NCBI RefSeq assembly: GCF_035594765.1
Contig: NC_085846.1
Location: 10,899,190-10,963,189 of the forward strand
Reading direction: 5' to 3'
Length of the DNA stretch: 64,000 bases
Source: Anolis carolinensis
Lineage: Eukaryota
The number at the start of each line of letters is the position of its first letter. Position 1 is the stretch's first letter. The notes beneath the pieces were generated by a model. That model searched no databases, was not told the DNA's origin, and saw nothing but the letters and a program-made list of their open reading frames with translations. Of this stretch, positions 49,888 to 62,822 are shown one piece after another. The position numbers and the translations under genes were made by a program.

Positions 49888-50168
49888 TGTGTTGTTGAAG
49901 GCTTTCATGGCTGGAATCACTGGGTTGCTGTTGGTTTTTGGGGCTGTGTGGCTATGTTTCCAAAAATATTATCTCCTGACGTTTCACCCACATCTGTGGC
50001 AGGCATCCTCAGTGGGGTTTATATAGGCAAGTGGGGCAAGTGGGGGGCAAGTATACTAGGCAAGTGGGGTTTATATATCTGTGGAATGTCCAGGGTGGGA
50101 AAAAGAACTCTTGTCTGTTTGAGGCAAGCGTGAATGTTGCAATTGATCACCTTGATTAGCATTTAATG
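49888..50168 (-). mobile_element. Penelope fragment with hammerhead motif at 49975-50015 (intact core)
   Basis: Reverse complement reads CUGAGGAU GCCUGC cacagau GUGGGU GAAAC GUC AGG. Confidence 0.75.
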
Positions 50169-50461
50169 GGGGGGGGGGGGGGCTGAGGCCAGAAATTATG
50201 GGATTTGAAGTCCAAAGTTTGCCCATGCCTGACCTATAGTAACCTTTCTATGAAATTCCTTGGAAATTCTCCAGTATTGTACCTCACCTAGCCCTCACCC
50301 AGAGGAAATTATAATCCTCACACAATGAATTTGCATCAGAGCCTTTAGTCCCCTTTGTCTGTTTTACTTGATACAATCTGGACTAGCCTTGGAATGCTCT
50401 CTTTCCCAAGTCTCTGTATCAGACCCCAATGGAGAGACATAGTGCCTCAACACACTCGAGA

Positions 50462-50620
50462 GTTTTTCCACTTTAACTGCTGTGACTGCCTCCTGCAGAA
50501 TTCTGGGGCTTGTAGGTTAGGGAGGCCCAGGACTTCTCTGGATGAGCTCCTCCCTAAACTGCAAACTCCAGAATTCTGCAGGAGGCAGTCATAATATTTA
50601 AAGTAGACTGGAGTGGAAAA
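50462..50620. repeat. Inverted repeat (MITE-like)
   Basis: gactgcctcctgcagaattctgg / ccagaattctgcaggaggcagtc. Confidence 0.7.
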
Positions 50621-52558
50621 TGCGCAAGTGTGATTTGACTTGGTCAAAACCTTGAAGCACCCTCTTGTTAATCAAGCCAAACACAATTGCCCATTGTCAC
50701 CAGAGACACTGCATCACCAGACACTTAAAAGGTTTCAGTTACAATTTATGCCACTACAAAGGACCAACCAGTGATAATGTCGGATGAAGTCCAGAGCCAG
50801 TCAGGACATGAATCCTAGCTAGACTGCTTCTAAACCAATCAGGAGCTTGCATAGGTTTTTTGAATAGCTATCAGAATGAAATCAAAATGCTCTATTTTTC
50901 AGTTGGCATATTTCAGTTCTTTGGAGTGCTTTCTCCGCTGACATCCTCTCTGGCCATTGAGAATAAACCTCTGATTTTTCCTTCAACCTGTCTATGTTTC
51001 ATTTGCCCTTCTGGGAAGCTAAACATTCCAGGTCCTGAACCTTACTTGCTTTTGAGGGAAGGAAGGAAGCCCTGTTAGCAGGCTGGATTGCAAGGAGGAG
51101 GAGACAGCAAAGCCAGAAGGTCAGTCAAGGCAGGGGCTGAGTGAAGCTCCATCACTGGCTCCTCCTGATACGGGAAAGGAAGGGAAGGGAAGCACATTGC
51201 GGCTCTCTCCCTTTGGCTGGGTCAGCAGAAGAGGAGTTCTTGGAGCCCTTTCTCCCAGACTAGTTCTTGAAACCTGAGTACTAACAGGAGCCTGAGCTCA
51301 GTTCAGGAGGAAAGAAGAGGGGAGGAGGCTGCCCAGTGCCCAGTGAAAGAAATACAAGCTCAACAATCACATAAGTCTCATTATGGTGTTTTGTCTTTAT
51401 ATCACAAAATAAAAATGTATATGTAAATATTAATATGATGATTAATAAATTCTTTATTTAAAATTGATTTTATTTCTTTGTGTGTAAGTGATAGGGAGAG
51501 GGGTTGACTGATCCCAATGGTCCATGGTGTATCCAATTTCTGCTTCAGTGGTATGCAATCTCTTAAAGACTGGGAATCACTGAACTAGAGCTTCTGGGAT
51601 TATGTTTCATCAGCATCTGGAGAGCTACATTTTGAAGTATAGAGATGATGTTACACATGAACTTTAAGAAAATGAATCTGGAATTTGGGTCTTATTCACA
51701 TCTAGATAGGGCAAATATGTATTGCAACAGTCGATGGTAGATTGGCTCTCCTCTACTGGTTTACATGTGCAATTATAATGTGCTGTTGAATTGATCTGAT
51801 AACTTTTGGCACATTACATTCACATGCCTCTTCCAGAATGCTGACATTTGTTTGTTTGTGTGTCCTTGTACACAAACCTATTCTATCTGATTTGTCGTCG
51901 ATCCACTCCTTTGGACTTCACGCAAATCTACCATTTGCCAATATATACAATCCTGTGCTTTTTTCCCCTCCATTTCTGGCCAAATGGCTTAACCATTGGT
52001 TCATCCCATTGAATATGAGGTCTGCTCAAGGACCATTTGTGGTCTCTTGGTATCCAGTTCATTAATCAACATGTCCATCGGTTGTCTTTTGTTCATGCTT
52101 GTGTACAATATGTGATTGAGAACGCATACCTTTTTGAGTTAGTACTCTGCACACATATTTTATTATTAATTAAAATATCACTTAAGCATGCATCAAAAAT
52201 TGAGATATCATCAGAATTTCATGTCAGATGAAAAATAGACCACGATGCAGACCCTACTTGGGATGATTTTCAAGAAGGATGCTGTAGATACCTTTATGTT
52301 CATGCCCCACTACTGCCTATACATCCCAGTGAATCAGAAACATTACACAGCCCTTCTGTTAAATTTATGTGGCATTTATAGCATCTAGCATTGTGTTTGA
52401 AAACTAGATCCTATTGCTCAACTTTAAAAGAAAAATATTTGCTTTTAACTAGATTGACTAATATGCCTTTGGCTAGATTCCATGATTTGCCTTCAGCTGG
52501 ATTCATTGAGCATCTTATTTTTGTATACCTCTCTTAAAAATTTTTGTAAACCTCTATA

Positions 52559-52891
52559 CAGTGTTCCCTCACTTATCACGGGGGTTAGATTCCAGGACCA
52601 CTCGCAATATGTGAAAATCCGCAAAGTAGGGACTCTATATATTTATACATTATTTTAGTAGTTATACACTATTTTAAGTCTTTATCAACCAATCGTGTGT
52701 TGATAAATTGCCTCCTTCTCCTCCCGTTGCCACTTGGGCTCTTTTTCTCTCCCTTTGGCTTCTCCTTCCTCCCTTCCTTAGGCTGTAAATTGTAATTTTT
52801 TATTATTTATAATATTATTTTAGAGTTTATTGAAAAACCACGAAACAGCTAATCCACAAAAAGCGAACCGTGAAGTAGTGAGGGAACACTG
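52559..52891. mobile_element. Tigger-like MITE
   Basis: TIR CAGTGTTCCCTCACT / AGTGAGGGAACACTG; TA at the left end. Confidence 0.8.
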
Positions 52892-53844
52892 TTTTCCTCT
52901 TTTGCATACCTCTATTAAAATCTCTTTAATCCATTTTAGAAATATTGTTTGGAATCATTCATAAACAGGTTTATTCAGTAATAAACCTACCTCGTTGAAT
53001 GTAGGGTTGACCATCTGACACAATGGTGATGTTAACATCAGTTAGTTCAGGCATGGGCAAACTTGGGCCCTCCAGGTGTCAGATTCACAACTTGTGCCTT
53101 CTCTTTTTAAAAAGTAATTCATTCTAATTACACTGCCCAAATTCTGTGAATAAACATAATTCTATATGTTCTTGAAAGCTAAGCAGCAGCACACCTTGTG
53201 ATGCTGCTTCGTCATGCTGCTGGGAAGAGAAACCACCAAAGAATAACACCTGCTATAGGTTATGTTCAGAGGACGACAATGGCAAACCTCTTCTGAATCA
53301 GCTTTACCAATGCCATGGATTCCTGAGAATTGTAGTTTTACAATGCCTTTACCCTTCTCTGCCAAAGAATGCTGGTGTCTCCTCATAATACAACTCCCAG
53401 GATTCCATAGCATTGAGCTATGCAGTGAAAGTGGTGTCAAACTGCATTAATTCTACAGTCTAGATTCATCCTGAGACAGACAAATCTGTGTTGAAGCATG
53501 CAGGGCCATGAAATAATGGGACTGACAAAACACGAATCAAGTACTTCCACAATATGCAAGTACTTCCACAATAAAATTCCTTGGGAATTGCCCAGAATGT
53601 GAACTCACCTTGCCCATGCCTCACCCTCACCCAGACAAATTCCCATAATCCAATTCCCCTATCTATCTGATCTATAACACCTATCTGGATTCTTTCTGTG
53701 AATTCTCCATTGTATGTAAATGTGCCTTAAACACCTTTTGTCCATTGGCCGGCATCTCCTTTTTCTAGTTAGCATTGGACCATCAGAGCATGTCAACCAC
53801 CCACCACATCATGTTCCACCCAGATGCACCCAGTTTTTGCAAAG

Positions 53845-54498
53845 TGTTGGAAATTACAACCTCTTCAAGCCTTTCTAGTAATGTGTTAATCTATGATTCT
53901 GTTTACTCACTGTTATATGTATGTTCTGGTAGGTAGCTTCTTTGGCTTTATGTTTCCTGCAAGGTTGTGGGAGGGGCTGCAGTGTAGACCACATGATCTG
54001 ATTTGAGGCTGCTCAGACCACAGACTCCATTTTAGATCCTTCTTAGACTTTGGACTGCTAAGATGTCCTGTACCATGTGCACAGAGAAACTATCACACAC
54101 ATATCTGAAACTGGACTGATAAGCTATGTACCTGTGTTATGCTAAACACATAAAGTTGTGAATAAACCAAATATGTTATTTTACCAAAGTCTACTTCCTT
54201 TTTGTCTCTTGAGTGCATGATATAAAACTAGTTGTTTTATGGGAGAGTAGATATATATATATTGGGCACTGAAAAACACTTCTGAAACTGTTATTTTATG
54301 CATTGGCATATTTTTTTTCCTAACAGATCAGAGACAATAGGTTCTGTCTAACAACTGAAGACATTGCCTTACATTTTACATTTGTTTGTATACCATATGA
54401 AAAGATTCTACTCAAATTAATTTTTGGCTCTTCTCTAAAAAATCAAACTTTCCAAAAGGTTATGATCTCCAAATAGTTATGAATGGTATTTTCCAAAA
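53845..54498. mobile_element. Solo LTR, same family as 22789-23596
   Basis: TGTTGGAAA...TTTCCAAAA; collinear shared blocks (gcacagagaaacta, gggagagtagat, gcattggcatat); TSD decayed. Confidence 0.7.
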
Positions 54499-54995
54499 GG
54501 AAGGACTCACAAACAGACACAAGAATTCAAATCCATAAATGATAGTTTGTTAAATTTCCTGCCTCGTCTCGGATTGGACCAGAGGCAAAAGCGGACTCAC
54601 ACGTCCTCCAATCGGGCTGCCGTTCTATCTTGCACCTTTTATGACCAATGAAGAACTGTTGTGGCAATTTCCAATTGTTCTGTATTGCTCTGCCTTTCTG
54701 TCAAATGTACCATAAATAAACCTATGCATTCACAGTTGAGGGCATGTCCGTTCTTTGGAGTGCCTTCTCTGCTGACATCCTCTCTGGCCATTGAAAATAA
54801 ACCTTTGATTTTGCCTTCAACCTATCTGTGTCTCATTTGACCTTCTGGGAAGCTAGACACGCTGGGCTCCCGAACCTGCAGTTCTTGTATATTCTGACAT
54901 CACATAACAAACCAATGGCAGTTAAAATGGTATTAAATAGCAATAATTGTTTAATATGAAAGAGAGCCAGGAGGGATCAGTAATAGATACAGGAT

Positions 54996-55943
54996 TCAAA
55001 CATTTTCTCTTTGCACACTAGAAGGTGAAAAAAGGCACCTATTCTTCAATCGTCCCATGGCCTCTTTCATTTCCCGATTCCTTAGGGTGTATACAATAGG
55101 ATTGAGGGCAGGAGTGACAACTGTGTAGAATGTGGAAGCTATTTTTTCCACACTGGAACTGGGCATGGGCACAAGGTAAACTAAGAGACAAGGCACAAAA
55201 ATGAGGCTGACCACAGTCAGGTGAGAACTGCAAGTGGACAGGGCTTTCCTTCCGCTCTCCTTAAAATGATCTTTTAAGGTGGCTAGGATGATGCCGTAGG
55301 AGACCAACAAGACAACGAAGCAGACCAAGGAGAGCAGCCCGCTGTTGGCCACCATTAGTATTTCAGTGACGTAAGTATCAACACAAGCAAGTTGGACTAC
55401 CTGTTGCACATCACAGAAGAAGTTGTCCAACTTGTTCGGCCCACAAAAAGGAAGTCGTACAATCAGGACCAGCTGGGTGGCTGAGTGGACCAGGCCTCCT
55501 ACCCAACAGGAGATGAGGAGCCTGACACAACGCGAACGGTTCATGGTGGTAGTATAAGTAAGCGGGTGGCAGATGGCTATGTAGCGATCATAAGCCATGA
55601 GGGTGAGGAGGAGCATCTCTGAACCCCCCAGGAAGTGGATGAAGAAGAGTTGAGTCATGCATCCTGCAAAAGGGATGGTCCTACCATGATGTATGAGGTC
55701 TGCCACCATCTTGGGAGTAGCCACAGAGGCCAAGACGGTATCAATGAAGGATAAGTTGGCCAGGAAAAAGTACATGGGAGACTGCTGGAGCCGTGTATCT
55801 GCACACACCGTTATCACAATAAGCAAGTTGCCCAGCAGGCTTGCGATGTAGCAACCTGAAGCCAGGATAAAGAGAAGGATCTGGATGGGGCGGGAGCCAG
55901 GTAGACCCAATAAGGTAAATTCTGTAACACCTGAGACATTCAT
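54996..55943 (-). CDS. Olfactory receptor OR4Q3-like, intact, 315 aa from MNVSGVTEF
   Basis: QSPMYFFL, ANSGLLSLVCF and SHLTVVSLIFVPC as in recalled OR4Q3. An acceptor at 55958-55959 argues against the longer start in the ORF track. Confidence 0.93.
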   Translation of the reverse strand: MNVSGVTEFTLLGLPGSRPIQILLFILASGCYIASLLGNLLIVITVCADTRLQQSPMYFFLANLSFIDTVLASVATPKMVADLIHHGRTIPFAGCMTQLFFIHFLGGSEMLLLTLMAYDRYIAICHPLTYTTTMNRSRCVRLLISCWVGGLVHSATQLVLIVRLPFCGPNKLDNFFCDVQQVVQLACVDTYVTEILMVANSGLLSLVCFVVLLVSYGIILATLKDHFKESGRKALSTCSSHLTVVSLIFVPCLLVYLVPMPSSSVEKIASTFYTVVTPALNPIVYTLRNREMKEAMGRLKNRCLFSPSSVQRENV

Positions 55944-56250
55944 GAAGGTGGCTGGACCTTGAAAGGAAAGAGGCCGAATCATTAAGGTTGAGCACTTTGG
56001 AGCAGTCCAGTCCAATGGCAGCATGGAACAACTGGGCATATAGATGTTTAAGAATGAATTAAAATAACCTCAGATTATAAGAGATGTAAAGGTAACTCAT
56101 TTGATCACACAATACAAACAGTATTAAATCAATGTTATTGTAATTAATTTGTTTACATTGATGGAGCAGAACTTACTATACTCACTTGACTGATAATACA
56201 TAGGTTAGTTGATGGAATATAATAATTCACTGAGCGAATCAGAATTACTC

Positions 56251-56470
56251 GGGGTGTATCCACACTGCAGAATTGTAGCAGTTCGACACTGCATTAACTG
56301 CCATAGGTCAATACTATGGGATTCTGTGATGTGTAGTTTTGTGAGATATTTACCTTTCTCTGTCAGAGAGCTCTGATGCCACGATAAACTACAAATACTA
56401 AGATTCTATAGGATGTATCATTGGCAGTTAAAGTGGTGTTGAACTGCTATAATTCTGTAGTGTGGATGGT
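56251..56470. mobile_element. Palindromic MITE-like dispersed repeat, probably Harbinger; other copies near 1-157, 9030-9300, 10000-10190, 15680-16080, 30510-30725, 53310-53470
   Basis: Arms ccacactgcagaattgtagcagttcgacac / gtgttgaactgctataattctgtagtgtgg. Confidence 0.6.
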
Positions 56471-58577
56471 CTCTCTTCTTGTCTATTAAACCAGCCATAA
56501 ATAAATAGTTTTTAAGCACTCATCTTCCAAACAGGACTCCCTAATTTAATTCATATTTGGTCAAACTAGTTTATTCAGCAAAAATATATCTATAGATGTT
56601 TTCTTAATCATAACCAACATGGATCTCCAGTGTATTTTAAATTGGCAAAGCAAAGATCAATCACATATGAAGGGTGTTAGCTATCAGTTAAATTAGTTTT
56701 TTCTAATCTGATATACTCCAGATATTATGGGGATGATGGGAATTACAGTAAAACACATCTAGAATGTTCACACTTAGGGAAAGCTGTGTAAAAGTACAAC
56801 ATTGTTTATGATACGCCATCGAGATCTGTTTGTGTTCTTACACTTTAAGAAATCCATAAGGCTAATAAGAGAATAATACAACTTCATGCCAGATCCATAC
56901 CTATTTGCTCTCTTTCTCTTGTAATAATACCTCAATATAATGCACATAAATATTTTTAAAATTATTTTCAATTTTCTAACTATGCTGCTTTTAAAGAATA
57001 GCACTTGCCTTTCATCCCTCTAGTCAGAGCAGTGGATGGTTCCTTAAAAAAAAAAAGAATTAAGATGCAGTACACACTACATACATTGACCCATGGATAA
57101 ATCAAATCATGTTTTCTGCATTGATTTTAGCAACTAATTTTTTTTAGCTTATACATGAGTATATATAGTTAATGCTGACTTACCATTTAATGATGGATTC
57201 ACCAACTCTACTTCAGACAGGAGCAACAGTGTTGGGCTGCTGTCTCCAACACTAAATATCCAGGATGCCTTCAATAATTGTCAAGCAGATGAAAATAGTC
57301 CTCCTTTATTTATTTCACTCCTATGATTGTACCTCTAATCTCATCAAAAACAGTGGCAATGTTGGCTTGCATGCCACTTAGCAAATTAAAAGCGATCCAA
57401 GGTGCTGAAACCTAGCTCCTAAATACAGTTATTAATTCAGCACCTTGGATAATATCTTTAAAACCCAGACATTTCACAAACATGAGAACTACTGGTGTCA
57501 TTGTTTTTATCTCTTTCTAGGACCAACTGTTGAAGATCAGAGGCACCTAGAGTCTCATACCTGTAGTTTAGGCTTTTTGTCATCCAGGAATATGATTTGA
57601 AAGTCATAGGCAATTCTTCAGTGGAAGGAGATATTCAGTAGGAATCACTGCTCAACCGTGTTTCCAGAAGTAAAAGAAAAAAACCTAGTTTCCTTGATAA
57701 CAAAATGTCTATTATTCTCTTTTGATGGTGAGCCAAAAATGAGGGCTGGAATATTTCAGTGGCCTATGTTTATACCTTTGAGGGAAAGCAAGCCACAGAG
57801 ACAACTCCCATATTCCCAATCAGATGTTTTTTTGCAAGAATAGATAATTGCTATAAGAATAGTACCAAGAGTAATAGAGTAATAATACCAAGAGCTAGAA
57901 TGCAGGAATGACTTTGGTATGTTGCTCTACATGGAAAATATGAGTCACAATCCAGTAATACCACAGGATACAATTGCAATGAAAGGAAGACCAGACCACA
58001 TGTTTAATACGGTGCTCTTCTACCTGAAGTCACATTCATGAGTATCCTGTCCACATCATCCCATTAATCTGGGTTTCTTAGATTTTGTGTCTGATACTAT
58101 GACCCCCGGGAATGTATTTACATGTTCTAGTTCTAGCACAGCATTCCTTGAGCTGCAATCCATGGCAGCCAATGTCTCCCTTATCAATGGGTCACCAAAT
58201 TTACTCAGCCTTTTAGTCTTAATTTTAAAATAGTTATCCTAGATCAATGAAGGGCAAGCTTTTGCGCTTGGTGTGTCAAAATTCACCAAAAAAAAAACCT
58301 AGCATGACTTGGGTGGTGTGTCACTTCGAGAAAAAAACCATAATTTCGCAATATGTATAGTTTAAATAACAAAAATATATAATTGTAATATATAACTGTA
58401 TTTAATAAATCAAAAACTATTTACTACCATTATTTCCATGTACAACAATCTATGGTACCTCTTGCAGTTTCCACGCTGATTTCTCTCTATTCTAGTTTCA
58501 ATGTAGTCATGAATAATGAATAATAATATAATAGTAATAATATGATAAAATATTACAGTAATAATAGAATGATATTT

Positions 58578-58614
<37 letters not shown>

Positions 58615-58836
58615 AATGTGCATAATTCCCATGGACTAAACAACAAAACCACTGGACCAAATCATATCAAATTTGGCCACAAAAGACATAGTCATCCAAT
58701 CAATCTGCATGCGGCAGCGTGTCAGCAAAAATTGCTAGGTTGGCCATCACTGTCCTAGATGCTGAATGTATTTTGGTTTCTACATCTTTAAAATATGGAT
58801 TAAAATCTGGAATACTTTTAGTGCCCCCTTGACATG

Positions 58837-59104
58837 GTCGGTGGTTTGAATCGGGGAGTGGAGTTTGCTCCTGCTTTTAGCCCCAGCTTCTACCAACCTA
58901 GCAGTTCGAAAACATGCAAATGTTAGCAGATCAATAGGTAGTGCTCCAGTAGGAAGGTAATGACACTCCATGCAGTGATGCCGGCCACATGGCCTTGGAG
59001 GTGTCTATGGACAAAGGCGGCTCTTCGGCTTAGAAATAGAGATGAGCACCAACCCCCAGAGTCAGAAATGACGAGACAATGTCGGGAAAACCTTTACCTT
59101 ACCT
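58837..59104 (+). mobile_element. Sauria SINE, 5'-truncated
   Basis: Consensus body with ACCTTT tail. Confidence 0.8.
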
Positions 59105-59945
59105 GACATGGAAGCCACCAGTTCCAACTGAATGCAATGGAGGACACAGTTGGTAAACCACTTTCTCATATAATGTCCAGTTGTTTTTCAATTATTTTTC
59201 TCATACTTTGGCAAAAAGATGGTGAAATTATTTAAAAGGCCATTCAGATGACTAAGAGAACTGGACCAGCACTCTTAGCTTAAGCCTATTCTGTACAGTT
59301 GTCCAGTTGGTACTGAATGTGGCTTGGAGTCTGTATATATTTGTGTATTCATCTGAGTGTGAATGGAAACTATGTTTCTGAGCTTTCCTAACATAAATGT
59401 TACCTATGCATTGCTCTCAATGCAATCTCCATGACCTAAATAGAGAGTGTCATTCCATTGGTTAGAACATCAGGGGTCCATTACATTTTCCATCCCCATC
59501 AAGGCAATGGGAGGGTTTGTTTTATTTTGCTTCCATCAAAATCTGTATGTAAATATAGTATAACAGTTTATCAACATAGGCTGAAATCCTACATCATAGC
59601 CTACATTTTATATCTTTGCAAATCTTTAGTTAAGTTGCTGGAATGAAATTAAATCCTTTTAGTGAATTGTGAAGATGTCAGTCAGTGGACCAGTAATAAA
59701 AGTGTTTCAAAGTACATTAAGTCCCTGAGCATATCTGGTATACATTTGATACACATTGGACATTTCCTGTGCTCATGAAGCACTTTTGATGCACAACAGA
59801 CTCTTTTGAATCGCATCTGAAGTTCTCGTTGTGATCTGGATGCATATTGGGAAGCTCCCGAATAAGCATTGGTGTCCATTGCACACTGGTTGACAGTGTG
59901 TCAGTCATTCTACTGGGTACCATTGTGCAATGGATACCTCTATAC

Positions 59946-60080
59946 CAGTGGTTCTCAACCTATGGGTCCCCAGGTTTTTTGGTCTACAACTCCCAGAAAT
60001 CCCAGCCAGTTTACCAACCATTAGGATTTCTGGGAGTTGAAGGCCCAAACATTTGGGGATCCATAGGTTGAGAACCACTG
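59946..60080. mobile_element. URR1-like hAT MITE
   Basis: TIR CAGTGGTTCTCAACCTATGG. Confidence 0.85.
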
Positions 60081-61729
60081 CTCTGTGTTGTAACATCATG
60101 GCATTAACTGCCCCAGGGAAATACAGATGTTGCAAAACTTTTTAATTCAATTGTGTTCACATGTAAGGCAATTTACAAAGATATGAATCCTGAACAACAG
60201 TAGCATTACTCATCGCCATCTGAAATGACATAATTGAATCAATTTCTCATATATCTCTCTGTTTCATAGCACAAATCTTTCCACTTGTCTCTTGCTATTG
60301 AAAATTTAGGCAGCGTCGACATTAAGGAAGAGCAATGAGACAAAATAATATGAACTTTTCCATGTTTCTTCTTAAGAGTATATAAATCCAAATATGATGC
60401 TCATGAAATGTGTTGTTGTTTTGTACCTTCAAGTCACTTCTGACTTCGGGTGACCCTAATAGGGGTTTCATTGGCAAGGTATGTTCAGAGGGGATTAAGT
60501 GTGACTTAAGCAATGGGTTTCCATTGGGATTGTACTCTGGTCCAGAGCCCAAAATCCCTATACCACACTGGATCTCCATTCGCAAACTAGACCAGCACTA
60601 TATTTGGGGATTTTGGCTGGACAACATTGCATATTCACTCTGTAATTTATGTCCATCACCATTTTTGCCCTTTAATCCCAACATAAAACTAGACATTACT
60701 ACAAAGAAATGATTAGACTGAACTTCAGTGTTTTACCTTCATCTATCTTAATGCATTTTAGGCCAAAAAATTTTTTAAAATACAAACCACTTGTTTTTGT
60801 ATTGTTTCCTATTAAATGTTGCATCTGATTGTGTCATGTCTGCTCCCAGCCTCTCTGCACAAAAAATATAATCTAGAGCAACACTGAAAGATTGTATTAC
60901 CTTTTGGTTTAAAAAAACCCTCAGAAGAATTAAAAATTTATATTGATATTAATTTTATTTACAAATATACAAACACATCAAACAGACCACCGTAAGATGA
61001 TGGCTAACAATACTGATTTTTATTGAATCCCTTCATATTACTAAACACTATATTCAAATTTCAAATTGCAGTATCACACACACACACACATGATATCTAT
61101 GGATTTGATATCCATGGTGTCACAATGTGGAAGAGGTTAATTTTTTTTTAATCAAGCAAAAAAGGAGTGGGGAGAAAGAGCATTTTTACTGCTTGGTGCA
61201 AGAAGCATGTGCACTTTAAGGAAAATACATGCATTTTTAATAAGAAACTATTCTTGGAATGAAACAGCAAGGCAGGATCATGCTGTGGTGCAAAGCAAAG
61301 CCATCTCCTTGTCCATACGTACACTGGATACATGAATAAAAAGGTGCTTATCATTTATTAAATGAAAACGACTGACCAAACCCAGATATATACAGATATG
61401 TAGGCTTCCAGCGCATACAATTTACATCTAATTGTTTATTTTTCTTCATACTCTCCCACACATGCAATTTTATACAAACATTACAAATGAGAGATTGCTG
61501 TGTTACATAATCATCTGCATCCTTACTTTACCTCCCTTTTGGTGTGTCAGCAACAGTTTCTTCCCATTTAGTTGTAGTATGTTGTTTCACACACTTTGGT
61601 TACTCTCTTTACATATATTATGTAAACATTTTTGTTTTTTCAGTGTTGTGGCCATCTAGGATTTGTCTGGACTTGGCATTTGTGGTTTTGTAATTGCACA
61701 GGTCAGTCCATTTTTGAAGTCCATTTTTG

Positions 61730-61989
61730 AAGCCCGGTGGTGCAGTGGGTTAAATCTTCTGTTGGCAGGACTGCTGACCAATAGGTCGGCGGTTCGAATC
61801 AGGGAAGAGCAGGTGAGCTCCCTCTGTCAGCTCCAGCTCTCCATGCGGGAACACCAGAGAAGCCTCCCACAAGGATGGTAAAACATCAAACATCCGGGCG
61901 TCCCCTGGGCAACGTCCTTGCAGACGGATGATTCTCTCACACCAGAAGTGACTTGCAGTTTCTCAAGTCACTCCTGACACAGACAAAAA
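61730..61989 (+). mobile_element. tRNA-derived SINE with A tail
   Basis: A and B boxes; tail ctcctgacacagacaaaa. Confidence 0.8.
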
Positions 61990-62248
61990 GCATATTCTTT
62001 GTCGTTAAGAAAACTGAGTACTCTATTTTATTTTATTTGGGATATTTAATCAATCTAAATCACAACTAATAAGCTTGTGTCTTGTGTTCTCTATATTTTA
62101 ATCTTTGAATATTTTAATATATGTCTTCTACAGTTTTAATATGCATATTTTATGTTTAATGTTTTTGATGATTATGTTTTTTATCCATGTTGTAACCTCC
62201 TTTGAGCCACAAGTAGAGGCAGGTAAGAAATACAATTATTATTATTAT

Positions 62249-62548
62249 TTGATACACAACAAGATTAGTGCACAGCAAACAAGATCACCATGCTGGCTGT
62301 TGCATTGGATCATATATCGGATACTTCCGAAGTGTCTAGAATTGTGTGATGTATCGGCAAATAATGCATGCAGATCCAAGTAGGGTGGCCTTTTGCAGAT
62401 GACAGAAGGTAATTTTGTCAGCATCGATTGTTTTCAAGTGCTGACCAAGGTCTTTAGGCACTGCACCCAGTACGGGACCACCTTTATGGGCTTGTGCCAG
62501 AGTCTTTGCAGTTCGATCTTTAAATCCTCATATCACATAAGCTTTTCC
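62249..62548 (-). mobile_element. R4/Dong LINE 3' fragment
   Basis: Hand translation YEDLKIELQRLWHKPIKVVP..LGAVPKDL..LQKATLLGSA.II.RYI (end of an REL endonuclease domain); (TTA)n on both flanks. Confidence 0.8.
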
Positions 62549-62822
62549 TATTATTATTATTATTATTATTATTATTATGCTAAATAGTATTTACTGAGAT
62601 GTGTAATGAGAGAACTGAATTTTCTTGATGTAGCACCTGGTTAATGAACACAAACTGAGATCTTCAATTTGGGTAAGTGAACCACACGAAACAAAGGAAA
62701 TCCTGTACCCCAGTCCCAGATTCAAAATAAAGTGATGACAACTGTACAAGTGGGCTGTTTGAGTTGGATTTATTTAATTGTTGTACAGAGTTGGACCATT
62801 GTTTTTTCTTCTGTTGCATTGT

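Noticed and set aside
55944-56039. 32-aa N-terminal extension of the 347-aa OR ORF
   Set aside because: A pyrimidine-rich acceptor at 55958-55959 lies inside it, and the MNVS start gives the normal length and sequon.
59682-59923. Short Cys-rich ORFs
   Set aside because: No recognisable domain, splice signals or paralogue.
60102-60120. cattaactgccccagggaa as an Lhx2/EBF composite OR enhancer
   Set aside because: The EBF half is good, but the homeodomain half and spacing do not fit the composite, and one short motif is expected by chance.
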